Below are positions 34,510 to 49,700 of a stretch of DNA of 64,000 bases, piece after piece. The stretch is from Chrysomallon squamiferum (Eukaryota > Animalia > Mollusca), in the NCBI GenBank assembly GCA_012295275.1, contig CM022671.1, positions 25,544,001 through 25,608,000 on the forward strand, written 5' to 3'. Position 1 is the first letter of the stretch. Each line of letters opens with the position of its first letter. The translations under genes and the position numbers were made by a program. Below the pieces are notes generated by a model. It was not told where the DNA came from, searched no databases, and saw only the letters and a program-made list of their open reading frames with translations.

Positions 34510-36238
34510 ATTATCTCATCTTTTACATACATTTTTATGGTTACCATTACTATAAAGCAAAATAATTTAACATTTATTTTAAAAAGAAACAAAATTAAAA
34601 ATTAAAAAATGGTGAAAGGCTTTCATAAGGTATATATGTAAGTATCTAACAGGTCACAATTCAGTTATTTTAACTGATCAATCCATTATCTGCAAATCTG
34701 AAAATCCTTTTTATTTAGTTCAATTCATAAACTTTACAAGATGTATTGAATGTTTTTCTTATATATAAACCCTCTGAATTGTTTTTCTATTAGGAACAGT
34801 TAAGCATTATTAACAGGTCAGTCTTTATAGGCTAGTGATATTTAAAAAGCCATTTTTTAAATAATGTCTAAAGAGTAATATGTATCTAAAAAGTAAAATA
34901 TTAAATGCTGCTTTATTATTTCTGCCATAAATGTATACCTAAAAGGAATGTCATTTTATGACAACAGCACCAGAGAAATCTATAGAATATCAACAATGTG
35001 GATTATTATTCGATTGAATAATAATAATGATGATGATGATAATATTAATAATAATAATAAACAGACTTTAAATATACCATATACCCAAATAATTTTTCTT
35101 CTACTCTAAATACCAAAAAAAAAAATGTCTTCTAATCGAAAAGAAATTAAGTCTGATAGATAATATTACCATAACCCACCAAACCACTAAATTTGTATTT
35201 GCTTTGCAATTGTTTCAGTATCTTTAAATAAAAATATTATTATACTTAGCAATTCATATATAAAACTAATTCTAAAAGCAAATTAAATTATCCAAAAAAA
35301 AAGGAGAAAGGATTAAACAAGTTTAACTAAGTAGCAGATTAAACAAATTTAACTATTTTAACAATAAAATAAAAACAAAACATCTTCGTTATACTTACAA
35401 AATAAAAATGAAAATGATAACCTGTTAAGTAGTTTTCAAAATGTCATTTAGCTTTGAAATACGAAAATCAAATAAAAAATTATCTGGGCAGGGCATTATC
35501 TCAAGAAAAGTGTATTCTAAGATTTCATATTTATATTTTTAAAGTCTGTTTGTTCTTTGAAAAACTTAAACAGAACGTTACACAATACTTTGAAAACTTA
35601 CATGCAGTTTGAAATTTATTATTAAATAAACTTTATAAAATATTTAAAGAAATGGGAATACTTGCACTGTCAGGAGCAAATCCAGTTATTTGAGCAAGAA
35701 TCTTGAAGATATCGATCCTTTCTGTTGTGCCAACTAGGCTTTTTCATATTTTACATGCTATGGTTAGTTTTCCGGTCTGTGATTAGGTGCATGTCCAAAA
35801 AATGTTGCTGCCAGTCAGTGAGTGGGTTTTACAATGGTAAAAATTTCACACAGACTTACACAAATAAACTGAAGTCTGACACCTTCTGTGGTAGTGCTGT
35901 TCATTCAAACTTCATTAATAGATATAGATTTACAAAAAATCTAAAGACAGACGGGTGATTTAAAAAAGAAAGAAAAAATGGTTTATGTATTGTGTGGACT
36001 GGACAAAGATACTGTGTTAAAAGGTACAAGACTATGATTATAAAACAAACAAAATCAGAAAAGAAATATCAATAATAATAATAATAATAATATTAATAAT
36101 AATTCAATGAATAGTATTTTCCCTCTTCATATATTGACTTATTTCTACTATCAATGATGGTTTAATGTTTTCAAGATAATTTTTTTTTTACATTATTTTT
36201 ATAACTGTGTATGCAACAGATGTACCCAGAACACCAGC

Positions 36239-38983
36239 CTACTTGCTCTCTGCATGTCCGTTTGTGGAAGCATTAAGAATGGCTGATAAAGAGGATCTGA
36301 AAGAAATAAGTAAAATATAACATAATTTGATAACTGTTATTTACATTCCTCATAAAAGTACATACATAACAAAAATCCTCTGAAAAAGCAGTAACATAAT
36401 GTTGAAAAAAAAACTCTACCTCGAAAGATAATTCACTGACATTATTTATTATTTAAATTTTTGAAACAATCAATGTGGAAATGATATATGGGTACTGTGA
36501 AGAGGCTCATATATCAGATAATTCATTGACATTATTTATTATTTAAAATTTTAAAACAATCAATATGGAAATGATATGAGTACTGTGAAGAGGCTCATAT
36601 ATCACAAACTTGAAAATTCAAATTAAACAGAAGTTAAAAGGGAAGAGACAATTATCATTACTGTATTAATTAACAAACAACAATAGAAGAAAAATAAATA
36701 TGCAGATATTTGTACGAGTGAATATTTGTTTGTAGATATACAAAGTATAAAAGCTAGTGTGTTGATTTATCTAAAATCTGTATCAACTCATCTCCGTGAA
36801 TAATGTTCAGTGATTACAGAGATGGCATGCAATGTCAGAGGTCATGAAATTCTACACACCTTGCTTCATGTATCTGAACTCGGAGCCTTTCCTTCATTCC
36901 ACCAGTGGAGGATTTCTTTTCTTTCTCTTCAAGATCTGCTATTGTAGCCCGATAGCCAGTAACATTGTGAAAGACTTGAGCATGTTTATCTCCCATTGAC
37001 ACAAAGTATCTACCACTGTTATCAAAGCATACTGCTGATATTGGTTCTGTGACAGAAATACAAGGGAAGAAATGATGCAGCATCCCAGATTAATTTATTA
37101 TAATACTTATTACAGGTTTTTTAAAATAGTTGTTAATAAATTATAAAATTATATTATTAAAATGATTATTATTATACTAAAGAAAGAAACCATTTCAGTA
37201 AAATAAATAAGTTAACAAAATGTACACAATTAAATTAGCAATCCAGTATCATTTGTTTTTTATTCCAAATGATGCCAAATAACAATGCTAATAAAATATT
37301 TCTTTCAAATGACTTTGTCTACAAATATAACTTTTAACAACAGTATTAGACTGAAAAAATATATATATTTCTTTTGTGTTTTTTGTATCTCCTATTTGCT
37401 TTTTTTCAATTAGTACCTGAATGGACATTTTCTATGAATTCTTCTTCTTTGCCATTCAGTGCATTGCATATAGAGAGTGTTGTGTCACCAGCAATGACTA
37501 CAGTTCTAGCATCAGGAGACAAAGCTATGAGTTTCAGACCAGGGTAGGTGAGTGTTCCAGTACAGAGAAGCCTAGGATCCTGATCATACTCATATTTTAC
37601 TAGAAAAATTTACAATTATCAAACATTTTGAATATAAAATTATCACTGCTAAAAAAGCATATTTTTGTTCATTCAAAGAAATTAAATGAAGGCAAAAGAA
37701 AACTGGCACTCTAAATAATTAATATATTTGAAAAGTAGTTTCTGATTTTCCCTCTCTAACTATAGTACAACTTATTCAGAATGTAAAAACTGGACAATAC
37801 AGACATCAAAGATAATTTTTTTTAAATAATTTAAATTCATAAGAAATGAGAGTAAATTTAATATTGATACAAAAACATGAATTTATTATATTCAATACCA
37901 GATTACTATGAGAGAATTAATTAATTATGAACAAAAATAGTTTACCATCTGTATTCCAATACTTCCATGTTCCATCCTTAGATACAGAGGCCATTCTAAA
38001 TAACGAAATTATTAAAGATATTTGAATATTTACCTTTATGAATAATTTACTGCAAAATGTTTAGAAAATCAACATGACTTCTTGGTGACATAAAAAACAT
38101 TTTCTTTTAATTCTATTATTAACTTTTACCTTCTTTTCTAATTTTTTTAACCTTTATGAATAATTTACTGCAAAATGTTTAGAAAATCAACAAGACTTCT
38201 TGGTAACATAAAAAACATGTTCTTTTAATTCTATTATTAACTTTTACCTTCTTGTCTAAATGTTTTATTTTCTACCGGTATCAAGCCTATCTAATCTAAC
38301 ATTTAAAATTAATGCAAAACGATACCACTGTATAAAATTTAACAATGTTAAGAAAATATTGAAATATATTTTTCTGTAATCAGTAGTATTTGGTGCTTGG
38401 CAGTATGAAAAAAAAAAAATCATTAAAAAACAAGGACACAGACTATTTGTGGCATACTTACACATCTCAAAATTATAATATCACGTTTAGTATTTACTGT
38501 TAAATAATAATTAATATAAAAAGGTAATCATTTATGTTTGATATTTATTTCAAGTAAAACTGAAAAACGGTTAACCAAAGTTAATTCAGTAGTAAACATT
38601 ATTAACCACTTACCGACTAGAATCACTGTTAAAACTAAAACTATGTACACCAGCACCATGGCCTTTCAACTCAAAAGCTCTTTTAGCCTCCTTGAATACA
38701 AACGATTTATCAAAAACAATCTCCCAAACTTTGACATCAGGTGTAAAACCTAAAAAAAATGAAGATAAAAGGTGTTGTTTAAACATATCCTTCCAAAGCA
38801 CTTTGCCTCAACATACATAAATCAAAAGAATATTTGGTTGTAGTACTTTCTAATGTGATAATGTAAATTTTGTTCCTGCATTTAAATTATTTTAAAAATA
38901 ACATTTAGTTTTGTTTGACAAATATTAACAAAAATAAAACACATTCTCTCATCAAAGAAATAAAATTACATCTCCTTACCCCC

Positions 38984-39015
<32 letters not shown>

Positions 39016-42000
39016 GTTTCTAATAACTGTCAACTTACTTATAATTAAAGCAACACTGTTCCACAATCTTTAAAAGACACTTACCTGAAGAGCCTACGAA
39101 TCTGCCACAGTTAGAAACTGCTCCGTAAGAATTATTCATTTGGTGAGTGTCGATGGTGGTCAGAAGATCTCCTTTTATACTCCATATATTGATGGTTGTG
39201 TTGCTGTGACATGTCATAATGAACCTCCCACTGCTGGCAATTCCAATATTGATAATATCAGCTGCATGGTTTTGCTATCATTAAAAAACATTAATATGAC
39301 TATAAAAATACATATAACACCTAAAAGTAGAAGTTTGCTGGATTGATAATATCCTGTAAGTTTATTTTTGAAGCTATATATATTTAAATTGATCTACCAA
39401 CACAGTGAGCAATTTATTTTATATAAAATGGAGCAATCAAATTATCAATGATCAAAATTTGTTTCATTTTATCTTTTACCAAATTTGTTTAATTTGTTTT
39501 TAAAAAGGAAATAAAAAAACATAATGATATATTTTTTATAATTATACACTGCTACGATTATTTTAAAATGCTTATATTTATGTAATAATATCTTATTAAT
39601 TAGTATTTTTTAATTACCAAAAATTATACTTTTACATTATTAATATGAATATCCACAGATAACATAAAATTATACCTTTGGAAAATCAAAAGATGCTGTC
39701 ATTGCTACACTGCTGCTATCATCCTTCTTTGCAATGCGGAATATTCTTATAGTGTTGTCATTGAACAAACTTGTTAAAAATGCTCTAAATAACAAAGAAT
39801 AGATTCCAGGACAAATGCATTTTCAGAAAAAAAACATCATGCAGAGAAAGGTTTATATTATCAGAAGAAAACAGCTCTAATATGAAATAAAATAAAATTA
39901 CAGAATCAGTTAAATCTTCACACAAGCAAACATACAGCAGTCATAAGCTCAGTTAACTTGTCAGATCAAAGATTATCATCATCATCATTAAATAATGGTA
40001 ACTTGAAATGTTAACATGTCTTATAAAAGATTATTATCATTAATTTGTGAATGTGTTTTGTTTTAAGTATATACAAATTAAATCATTTACATACTTTGAA
40101 TCTGGGCTGAAAGCAACTTTGGTAGCATGGTCCAGTTCAACTGTGCCTCTGATAAATCTGAAAAAAATAAAAATAAAAATAGAAAAATACAAAGAAATAG
40201 ATGTGTAAATGCACTGTCCAACCTTTAGCATAAGTAAACAAAAGCTTTGTTTTTTTCTAAAAAGTATATATACAAATAAAATAAAATATGAGATCAAATT
40301 TGGATTGCTTTGAGAAATGCTGAACCACAGATACAAAAGGATTTGTAATATTTTTCTTATAACATGGAATGATAAAAATAATTTTTTCAATTAGATTCTT
40401 CTTAAAATGTGTTAACAAACACGATTCCTGACTTACTTGTGTTCTTTCTGTGGAAACTCTTTCACACTCCATAACATTAAGGATCTATCTATAACAAAAA
40501 TCAAAATAATGATTAATTCTGTTTCAAATCAGAAAATATCTAGAGATGCCAACAAGTGTTTAAAATTTCACAACTTTCAATTAAAAAAAGCATAAAGAGA
40601 ATGATTAGATGTTAGTCTCAAGTCTCAAAACATAAATTTTTTGTTATCATCCATCAATTCATGTTGATATCAAACTAAGTTCCAATTAATCACCAGCATC
40701 AATTCTTTGGTCTGTTTTTTAGAGTTTTAATAAATCCTCAACAGTTTTGTTGAATTTCCTTTTTTTCTTCTTTTTTTTTCTCCAATATTGTTGAAATTTG
40801 GTAATAATACATATTTAAGAATCAAATTTTAATTTGGAGGTAAACAGCTTTAATTTTTATGGATATATTTGCATACTGGAAATGATGAATCTCATATAAG
40901 ATAAAAATGTATAAGATATGTTCACTTTACTATATTTTGGGGCAGCAATTATTTTCTGATTTACATTCATTTCAAAAACACTACTGATAAAATACTAAAG
41001 TAAAATAAATGAAATTATCTTATAATTTTTTTTTAAAATAATTTAAACATTTTACATATAATAATTTAGTCTATAATTATTAATAAGAAATATTCACTCT
41101 GGAAGATAACTAGATTTTTTGGCTAATGTTAGGAATAAATAAAAATATATATACAAATAAGAATTTGTTTTCATACTTCAATGCATTATTGTGTTTATTA
41201 AATGTTTATACAAGAAATATTATGCCATAATACAATTACCTTCTGCAGCTGTCAAAAAATATTTTCCATTTGGACTAAAATCACCAGACAAAATGTTACT
41301 TCCATGACCTTTCAAAGTGCAACACAGCCAAGGATGACTGAGAGGTACGTGGACAATTTTCTTACTGCGAACATTTGGACGGTTTCGTTTTGAGCTTTTT
41401 TCAGTAATCTTCTCAGTTTTCTTACTCTGCTGGTCTTGGTCTAAAATAATATAACAAAAATAACAAGCTATAATAAATTATGCATATTTCACATATATTA
41501 ATTAAATTAAAATCTTGGAGTATTTTTATTTTGGTAATGTTTAAACTATTTTCAATATGTTGATAATAACTAGTAATATAAGCTTATATACCTATCTTCA
41601 ACATTTTTTACACTGTCAACAATTTATTTTGGTAAATATGACCAAACATTTATCTTTATTAATAGTTGACCGTTGTATGTTTGCTGTAAATTCTGTAATC
41701 AGTTAGTAAATGAATGCAAAATACAGAAGCAGATACTCATCATACTGATAGTGATACTGGCTGGGTGAGAAATAAACTTTTGGTTTAAAAAGTGTATTTC
41801 TTTTGTATTATTCATAAATATTCTTCTTACTTTCGTATTAATTCTGGTTATCAGTCTAAGGGAGACAAATGTTATGGTATGGAACGATCGATGAGGGATC
41901 AAAACTCTGTTCAACGTAATACTAACCTAAAGAGTAAAGTAATATAATTACACACTACCACAGTAACTTTAATATTAATAATAATACTATTAAAGTATTA

Positions 42001-42186
42001 ATAGTTATACTTATAGTGGATAATCTTTTGCTTTATTTTGTCACTGTTGTAAATCATACCAGATTTTATGTTTTCTTTCTTTTCCTTTCTTCCCACGCTG
42101 CATAATAAGACAAACAGAAATATCACTGCTCCCACAGCAGCAGTTACTGCAATTGCAGAAACAGACGAAACATCACTGTCAGCCAT
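36239..42186 (-). CDS. TBL2: Transducin beta-like protein 2 (ER-anchored WD40 protein), 451 aa, 11 exons
   Basis: Exons 42186-42060, 41440-41240, 40488-40437, 40157-40095, 39784-39676, 39274-39085, 38749-38614, 37995-37946, 37599-37417, 37046-36860 and 36296-36239, all GT-AG and phase-consistent (1356 nt). N-terminal TM segment, then HPWLCCTLKGHGSNILSGDFSPNGKYF, GFTPDVKVWE, RAFELKGHGAGV, MASVSKDGTWK and FHNVTGYRA, all typical of TBL2. Confidence 0.93.
36426..36604. repeat. Tandem duplication, 2 x ~90 bp, in TBL2 last intron
   Basis: agataattca(c/t)tgacattatttattatttaaa...tactgtgaagaggctcatatatc occurs twice head-to-tail. Confidence 0.9.
38032..38259. repeat. Tandem duplication, 2 x ~118 bp, in TBL2 intron 7
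   Basis: acctttatgaataatttactgcaaaatgtttagaaaatcaaca...aacttttaccttctt occurs twice with few substitutions. Confidence 0.9.
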
Positions 42187-42377
42187 GCTGATATGTAACA
42201 GGAAGTGACGATGGCTTATTTGTGTCAAAGGCTTCCATTGATGACTCAATCACTATGGTTTAAAATAACTAATATCTGATTGGGTAACAAAATAGTAAAC
42301 ACAGGAAGCAAGTGCTGGTTATTTTCGTCTTTCTTGTTTCGAAAGTGGTAGTCCAAAACTGCTTAGATATTCTTAAA
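42187..42377. promoter_or_regulatory. Bidirectional promoter region TBL2/POLD4
   Basis: Divergent start codons 191 bp apart, with ETS-type sites ACAGGAAGTG (42198-42207) and ACAGGAAGC (42301-42309). Confidence 0.75.
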
Positions 42378-44095
42378 ATGTCAAAATATCTTATTACCGA
42401 CTCTTTCAAAAAGACAAAAAATTCATTGCAAACCAAAGATGTAAAAGAAGAAGGTAAATTTTAAATCAGTTACATGCCTATAGCCAGTTTTACATGAGTG
42501 AAACATGACGCTGTAGTATTAGTAAATTACACCTAATTTACAATAATTAGTAATTACTCAAATTAGTCATTGTAATCTGGGAACAATCTTATTTAAGTTA
42601 CTAGATTTAGAATAGTAATTTGCTACAGTATTATTAATTCATTTCTAATGAAATGATCGTTGAAAATTGAAAGTATTGCCATCATATTCATTATCATTGA
42701 AACTCTGGAACTAAAACCAAATAATAGAGAAATAACGTTAAAATTAATATTACCAATACATTGTTATTAATTTATATTAATAGGTACTTATATCTTAAAT
42801 ATACATTGGTTAAAACAAAGATTCTGTTAACGTTACATACTAAATACTAATGAGATAACGTTATAACCATTAATATTAACTAAAATGTTGCTAAACATTC
42901 ATTGAAAGCTCATTAAAATTGTATTCATATGTCAGCTGCAGAACCAAGCAAAGGTAGCAGTGAGGTGAAAAAAACTTTTGATATTCTACATGACTTCGAT
43001 CTCACTCTTGAGTTTGGACCATGCATAGGTAAAAAAAAAAAAAAAATAATAATAATAATAATAAAAGTAAAAAATGAGTTTATTGGTCAGAATGAAATAA
43101 TGTGATCTTCAGAAATTAATTGTTCATAATCTTAAACTTTCTGTTATAATTTATAACTTGAAATAGCTCTGAGTGAGTGTTGTTTATTTTAACCCTTTTC
43201 AAACAATCACAGTAATAAATAATATATATTCATACATTCATATATATTCACAAGTACACATATAATTTTATTTTATTTTATTTCATATTAATGCTCAAGT
43301 CATTATTTAAACTTTCATTTTTTTTTTTAAATATTGTTTTTAAATTCCAGTGTTTTGGTCCGTAGAGCTCTGAAATAAAAATGTTTGAGTAATGTTGTTA
43401 TTGTTTTTTTCCACACAAGTTAAACTGATTTATTTTTACTGTTTCTGAAATTCAGGTATTTCTCGACTTGAGAGATGGGAACGGGCTGAAAAACATGGAC
43501 TGAATCCACCAGCTGCTATTCGTGACCTAATCTTAGCACATAAAGACGATGATCGCTATACACAGTGGTTAGTATACACATCATATTACACATATTACTT
43601 ATGTATCTGCTCTGTTTGTACCCTACCTTAATGAAACATTCACATGAGTTTGCAAAAATATTTATTTAGCCAAAGCAACCAAAATAATCAGAAAGAAAAT
43701 TAAAATAATAGAGAGTGAGAGAGATCATATAAACATCATGTGACAGATGCATATTTATTATTAAATCTTACTTGAAAACAATATTTGTATGTTTTATGAC
43801 CTCAGTCACTCTGATCTCTCCATTTACTGAAAAAAGATTATGATAAGCACCCTCAGCTGAATTCTTTTAACCAATCCTAGGTATACAACTGCCTAGCCTT
43901 TTTCACTGAACCTATTATTTGTGTTGGTTGGCGTCACACAAGTAATCCTTTTATATTCATCTTGATGCAACCAAGAAAAGATATGCTAGAGTATTTGAGG
44001 TGTCATTTAATCCTTTAATCCTGTGTGTATGTATATGTGAGTCACTTTGTATGTTTTTATTATTTTTCAGTTTGTGGAATGACTACAATATATAA
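42378..44095 (+). CDS. POLD4: DNA polymerase delta subunit 4 (p12), 101 aa, 4 exons
   Basis: Exons 42378-42453, 42936-43028, 43456-43567 and 44071-44095, GT-AG and in phase. Protein MSKYLITDSFKKTK...FDLTLEFGPCIGISRLERWERAEKHGLNPP...CLWNDYNI matches the POLD4 signature. Absent from the ORF track because the exons are short. Confidence 0.93.
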
Positions 44096-46712
44096 AAATA
44101 ATTATATCTGTCACATTCTGGTGCCAAGAACTTTTTTTGCAAGATGGTGTGTCATTAGATGTTCACATGATCCAGTCTGGAGTATTATAAGAGATTGAGA
44201 AGACTCAGTGCTTTTTTCTAGAGAAAGTTTTTTAAAGAGAAAGTTCACATGTATGTGTTAGTTAAAAATGCACATGTACTAATCAGTAGTCATTTTTTTT
44301 ATTAAGAATCTTCAGATTGACAAAAATATGGTTAGAAATTTTACTGAGAATAAAAACATTTAAAAAAAAATGTTTAGAGGTCTGCTATATCTTTATTGAT
44401 ATGTGCAGCTAGTATCATACATATATAATTAATATAATTTTTTTAAGTCATTAGATATATTTGTTGACAAAAAAAACAACAAAAAACAAAACATAATGTA
44501 CTGAAGAAGCCAATATAAAATCTGTTTAACTGTTTTCATCCCACTGTACTTAATTAAAATGTGTTAAGAACCACATCAGTGATGTCTGATACAGAATAAG
44601 TATTTAAAAATTAGTATTTGAAATAAGTAATAAATTACCAAAAACAAAATTATTCTTTAATCTTGAAACCTAATTAGTTGCACTGACAGATCTTGTAATG
44701 TTTTCTTTAATTTGTGTTATCAGTTATGTTATTATTGTTAACATAATAATATTATTTTGCATCATTTAAGCTATTAAGTACAGTAAATAACTGTGTACAT
44801 TCATATTTTGGGCAAATGGAAAAACATGACTAATTTTATCATTTATTTTTGACATCATTATTTTCATTATTGTTATTTAATCTTTAAACATAATTTTCAT
44901 AATAACATTTTTAATGTTCTTCACCTTAACCACTATTTATTTGTTGTACACTTTCATATTAAAAAAACAATTGTTTTTATCCACTGAAAATTTTTGTATG
45001 ATTGGTTTTAATATATTTATTTGCAAATTACATTTATTTGTTGATTTTATTTTGATACTTTATTTGTTGTTTTATAATCAAGATGTGTCATTTGTATTGT
45101 ACTCTAGAGTATTATATCTATTTTATATTTCAGTAGCTGAATTCATATTTTTATTTTCTTCAACAAAATGGACTAGTTAATAATAAGAAATCATTTTACA
45201 GCTGTATATTATGCTATTAATATATATGAATGTTAAATAGATTTTACCAGTCCAAATGCATTTTGTACATTTCCTTGTGTATTTTCTATTTGTGTTGTTT
45301 GACAAATCTTTGCTTGCAGTAAGTTATATAACAAGCTTGTGGAGGGATGTATCAGTACTAAACTGATATTTTTCCTTTTCTCTCAATCCAGTATCTAGTG
45401 GGAAATAACAGCATGTATGGATCCTTACAATCTTATTTTATTGTTTTGTTAAAGACATTTTTCTTGATACAATTAAAAATAACTTGAATATACAGAAAAA
45501 TATATTTTGACTATTTCTGTCATTAAAAGTGCACTATAATATGTATCAAATAAAGCCATAATTGCAAAGCTTTTACAGAACAAGATTGCATAATAGAAGT
45601 AAACAAAGATTTCATATCTAACTTGTTCTCTAAAACAGCTTTACTAACTGAATGAAATTTTATCATTTTTATATTTATACGTTTTTAAAACTGTTACATT
45701 ATATTAGGTTTCTAATTTTTCTTATTAATTTATCTTAGATTTACCAGATAAAATATATGACTGATTGATTATGTTGCCATTATCATAACTTAATTGTTCA
45801 TTTTATGCTTTAAGATAAACTGTTTGCCATAGTTCTAGAGTTTTAAAAATATTATTTAAATGCTATTATGAAATTCTATACATTTGTTAATTTTACTTTA
45901 TTTTTGTATATTCATTTTGATATACATGTATATTTCTTTTAATTAATTTGTTGTGAATTGTATCTGTGTGTGAAATTAAAAACATTAAGTAATTTCAATA
46001 TTTTCTTTTGTCTTTTTTCATTAATATTCATTCAGTGTAAGATCTTTCTTGTTTATTTTCATCTATAGATTTTTTAACATTTATTTATCCATGTTGCTTG
46101 ATGGATATGTAAAAAAAAAATCATAACTTATAAAGATTATGACAAACAAAATAGCATTGTAGATTGTAAAACATTTATTTCTTCTTTAGGACTTTATTGG
46201 TGTTTTTTTGGAAAAAAAAATTTGAGAGGTTTGAAATTTGTTTTACTTAATCTTGGGGGTCATATTAGTCAGCATAGAATACATGAGATACCCACCTATA
46301 CATACAGTACAAGTTCATTAACATTAATGGGAACGAAATCTATTCATCGATTCTTGGATGAACAGAATCTTGTTATTTATAAATTTCAAGAAAAGTTAAT
46401 GGTTTTTTTTGTTTATGTGTGTGTATGTATGTATATATATATATATCAAACAATAAGTAAAACTAAACACCATTCAGTATAAAATTATTGTTTATAAATT
46501 ATTCTGATATAATATAATATACAATGTACATGAAATATTATTTTATACAATGTGGGTGATGTAAATTAACAAAATTATTTTAAAACCTTTGCTGTATTTT
46601 CATACAAAAAAACAAAACACATTGTCTTTCCATTGGTTTTGGAGTTTCCAGCTTTACCAACATGTTCTTTATTTTTAATTTATAATCTTCTTCTTTTTTT
46701 CTTTTTCAATAT

Positions 46713-49700
46713 TCAAAAATAAGGATCTCTTATGTCAGTCTTTTGTTCCCCAAGAACATCATTTTCCCACTGTGACAGTTGGTTAATAAATCCTCGGTTT
46801 GGCCGCACAGATGAACAACAGTTGAGAATATGTTTGTATGCTTCCTGTAAAGTGAAAACATTTATATTAAAAATGATTTTTTTTTTTATAATTTTTAAAA
46901 TAAAATCTTCTTAAATCTCTACTCACATGATTACAATCCCATAAATTTTAACTTTATTCAGACATTTTTTGACTGTTTGTAAACGAAAATGAATTTACAT
47001 AAAATAAAACACAATTCATTTATATTTGTATAAGTCAACAAATCTTTTCAGAATCTGCCTTGTATATCAAGTTTATAAAGCTAAACTGGGGCTACATTTG
47101 TCTGGATAATGGTAATTTCTTTTTAGAATCAATCTGTCATAAATTAATCACTTCACAGGGGGAAAAGGATTATGTAATTCTTATTATATAGGTTTTCAAA
47201 TTAGAATGATCAATAGGACATATAGTCTGGCTAGGTTTATTTATTTTTTTTTTTTTTGTGCAGATATATTAATAACAATAAAAAATTAGTTATATTTATA
47301 ACAATGAAAATTATACCTCTAAGGTCCATTTATGATAATGAATTAAATATGCCAATACAACGGTTGCACTTCTGCTAATTCCAAGACATGAGAACACCAG
47401 TACTGCATTGTTTGCTTCTTTTTGTGTATCTAAAAAAAAAAAAATTATAATATAGAGCATATATAACACTAATATTACATTTCAAACGGTTTTATTCCAC
47501 CAACAAATGATATTTTTGGATTTTCTATTGTCATTCAGAAATGATTAAATTCTCCTTTTTTATTTACTGATAAGCCTAAAGTAATTTAGAAATAAAAAGA
47601 AAAATGGAAAAGACAAAGCTGTCCAAAAATTAAAAATTGTAATTTGGTTTCTATATGATCCATGAACTCAATAAAAATGTCACTCATTTTCAGACATGAC
47701 ATTTTTATTAAATCTCTTACAATATTTTCAGAAAATCAAATCTTATGTTACTTGTTTTAACATTCAACAGCATAATAAAAAGATTATTTAAATCGAATTA
47801 AAAGTAGATTATTACCAAGAAATGCACAAACTACAGCAAAATGGCTGTACAAGTCTGCATCAGTTCGGTCTTCCACTTGAATGTGCAGAAGGTGAGACCC
47901 TGCTTCAGGAAAGCTGTTAGTACAAATACATGATCATTTTAGAAGTTTACTTTAAAAAGTGAAACAGATCTAATTATTATTATAGTTACCAAACCAGTTA
48001 GTTTCTATGCACAAACACAATGTTACTGATTCAGTTTTATCTTGTCAACACCACATGTAGAATTAAAACTAATAGAAATAATTTTAGCTTAGCAGTATGA
48101 AATGTATGATGTTGTTGATGGTTTCTGTAGTCCAGTCAAAAGAATTAAAGAATCTTACCAAAATCAGACTGAAATTTGTCTTAACACAATTCAGTCTATG
48201 AATCTAATCTTAATAAAAATTAGTTAGTTATATTATCATTACAAAATCAAACTGACTCTTATCTTTACATAAACTGAATCTTATCTTAACAAAATCAAAC
48301 TTAGTCTTATCTTTAAAAAATCAAACTGAATCTTATCTTTACAAAATAATATAAAATCTTATCTCTAAAAAATCCACCTGAACTTACAAAGTGTCCAGTT
48401 CTACACAACAATTAACGTGAGCTTTAATCTTCAGGTCCTTTTGGACGTATGCTGTATTGCCTTGATCCCAGTTGCCAAGATACAGAAACCCTGGAATTAT
48501 TTCCACAGGAAAAGGTTTGAAATCATCCATTTCCTGAAGAAAATAACAAAATAATAAAAGCTATCAACATTATAAAATTTGGATAGCCCAGAGATTTTAT
48601 GAAGATGTTAATCAAGTAATTAAAAACTTTGATATACCAAAAATACAGAATGTCTTAATGTTCATTTTAATTAAGATAACAAATACTGACACATAAACAT
48701 GATAACTATTGAGAAAAATATTTTCCAAGTAATAAGTTGTTGATTAAAGAAATGGAGAAAAATGGATAAAATATGATACCAAGAGTGATAAAGAAAACAT
48801 GTCATCCACATTCTGACTCAAATCACCTGAAAACTACAAAATGAAACAAAGGTGCTGCAACCTTACACAACTATTATAACTATCTTAAACTCAAATATTA
48901 ACAGAAGCCTATAGACTTTTTGAGAAATACTTTAAAACAATATCCATACCCTTGGCATAAATATAACTTTCTGAGTTCGAAGAAATGGATACAATGCAGA
49001 AAATTCTTCATAACCACCTGCAAAAGTAAAATAAATAGTCATTTTAAACATTTACTTAAAGAAGTGAAATAGATCTAATCATTACTACAATAACCAGTAT
49101 ATTATAAGAAAAATATTAATGTTGCTTAAATATAAACAAAAAATCAGTCATTATTTACGCACAATACAATCAGTTCTGTATTGTCAATATTTAATAATGA
49201 TGATGATGATATATTGTTCTTCTTGCTGTTCCTGTTGCTGTCATTACTACAGTTTTTAACATTGCTAATTACTAATATTCAGTGCATATAAAAGTATAAA
49301 TCAATAGCTATAACTATGATCTTTAATGGTTTTTACAATCTCTTTTAAATAAATATTTTGACCTGCCTTTTAAAATCCTCACAGTGTTTCGGCTTCCCAT
49401 CTCCCATAGAAGTGAACCACATTCTAAAGCAGGTGCTTTTAATGAAAAAATAAATACACCAAAATAATACGAATTACATAAACTAATATAATACAAAGTA
49501 AACATATTAATATAACATATAATACAATTAAATAGAAACAATTATTTGTCTTTCAGTGAAACAAACAGAATGGATTAACACCCAATATATTTTGTTTTTA
49601 CCTCAATATTACTATTTAAACAAATGCATACAAATATAATAAAACATATTTTAAGACCAACAGTGTCATAACTAATTATGTTAACTATAATTATATATTT

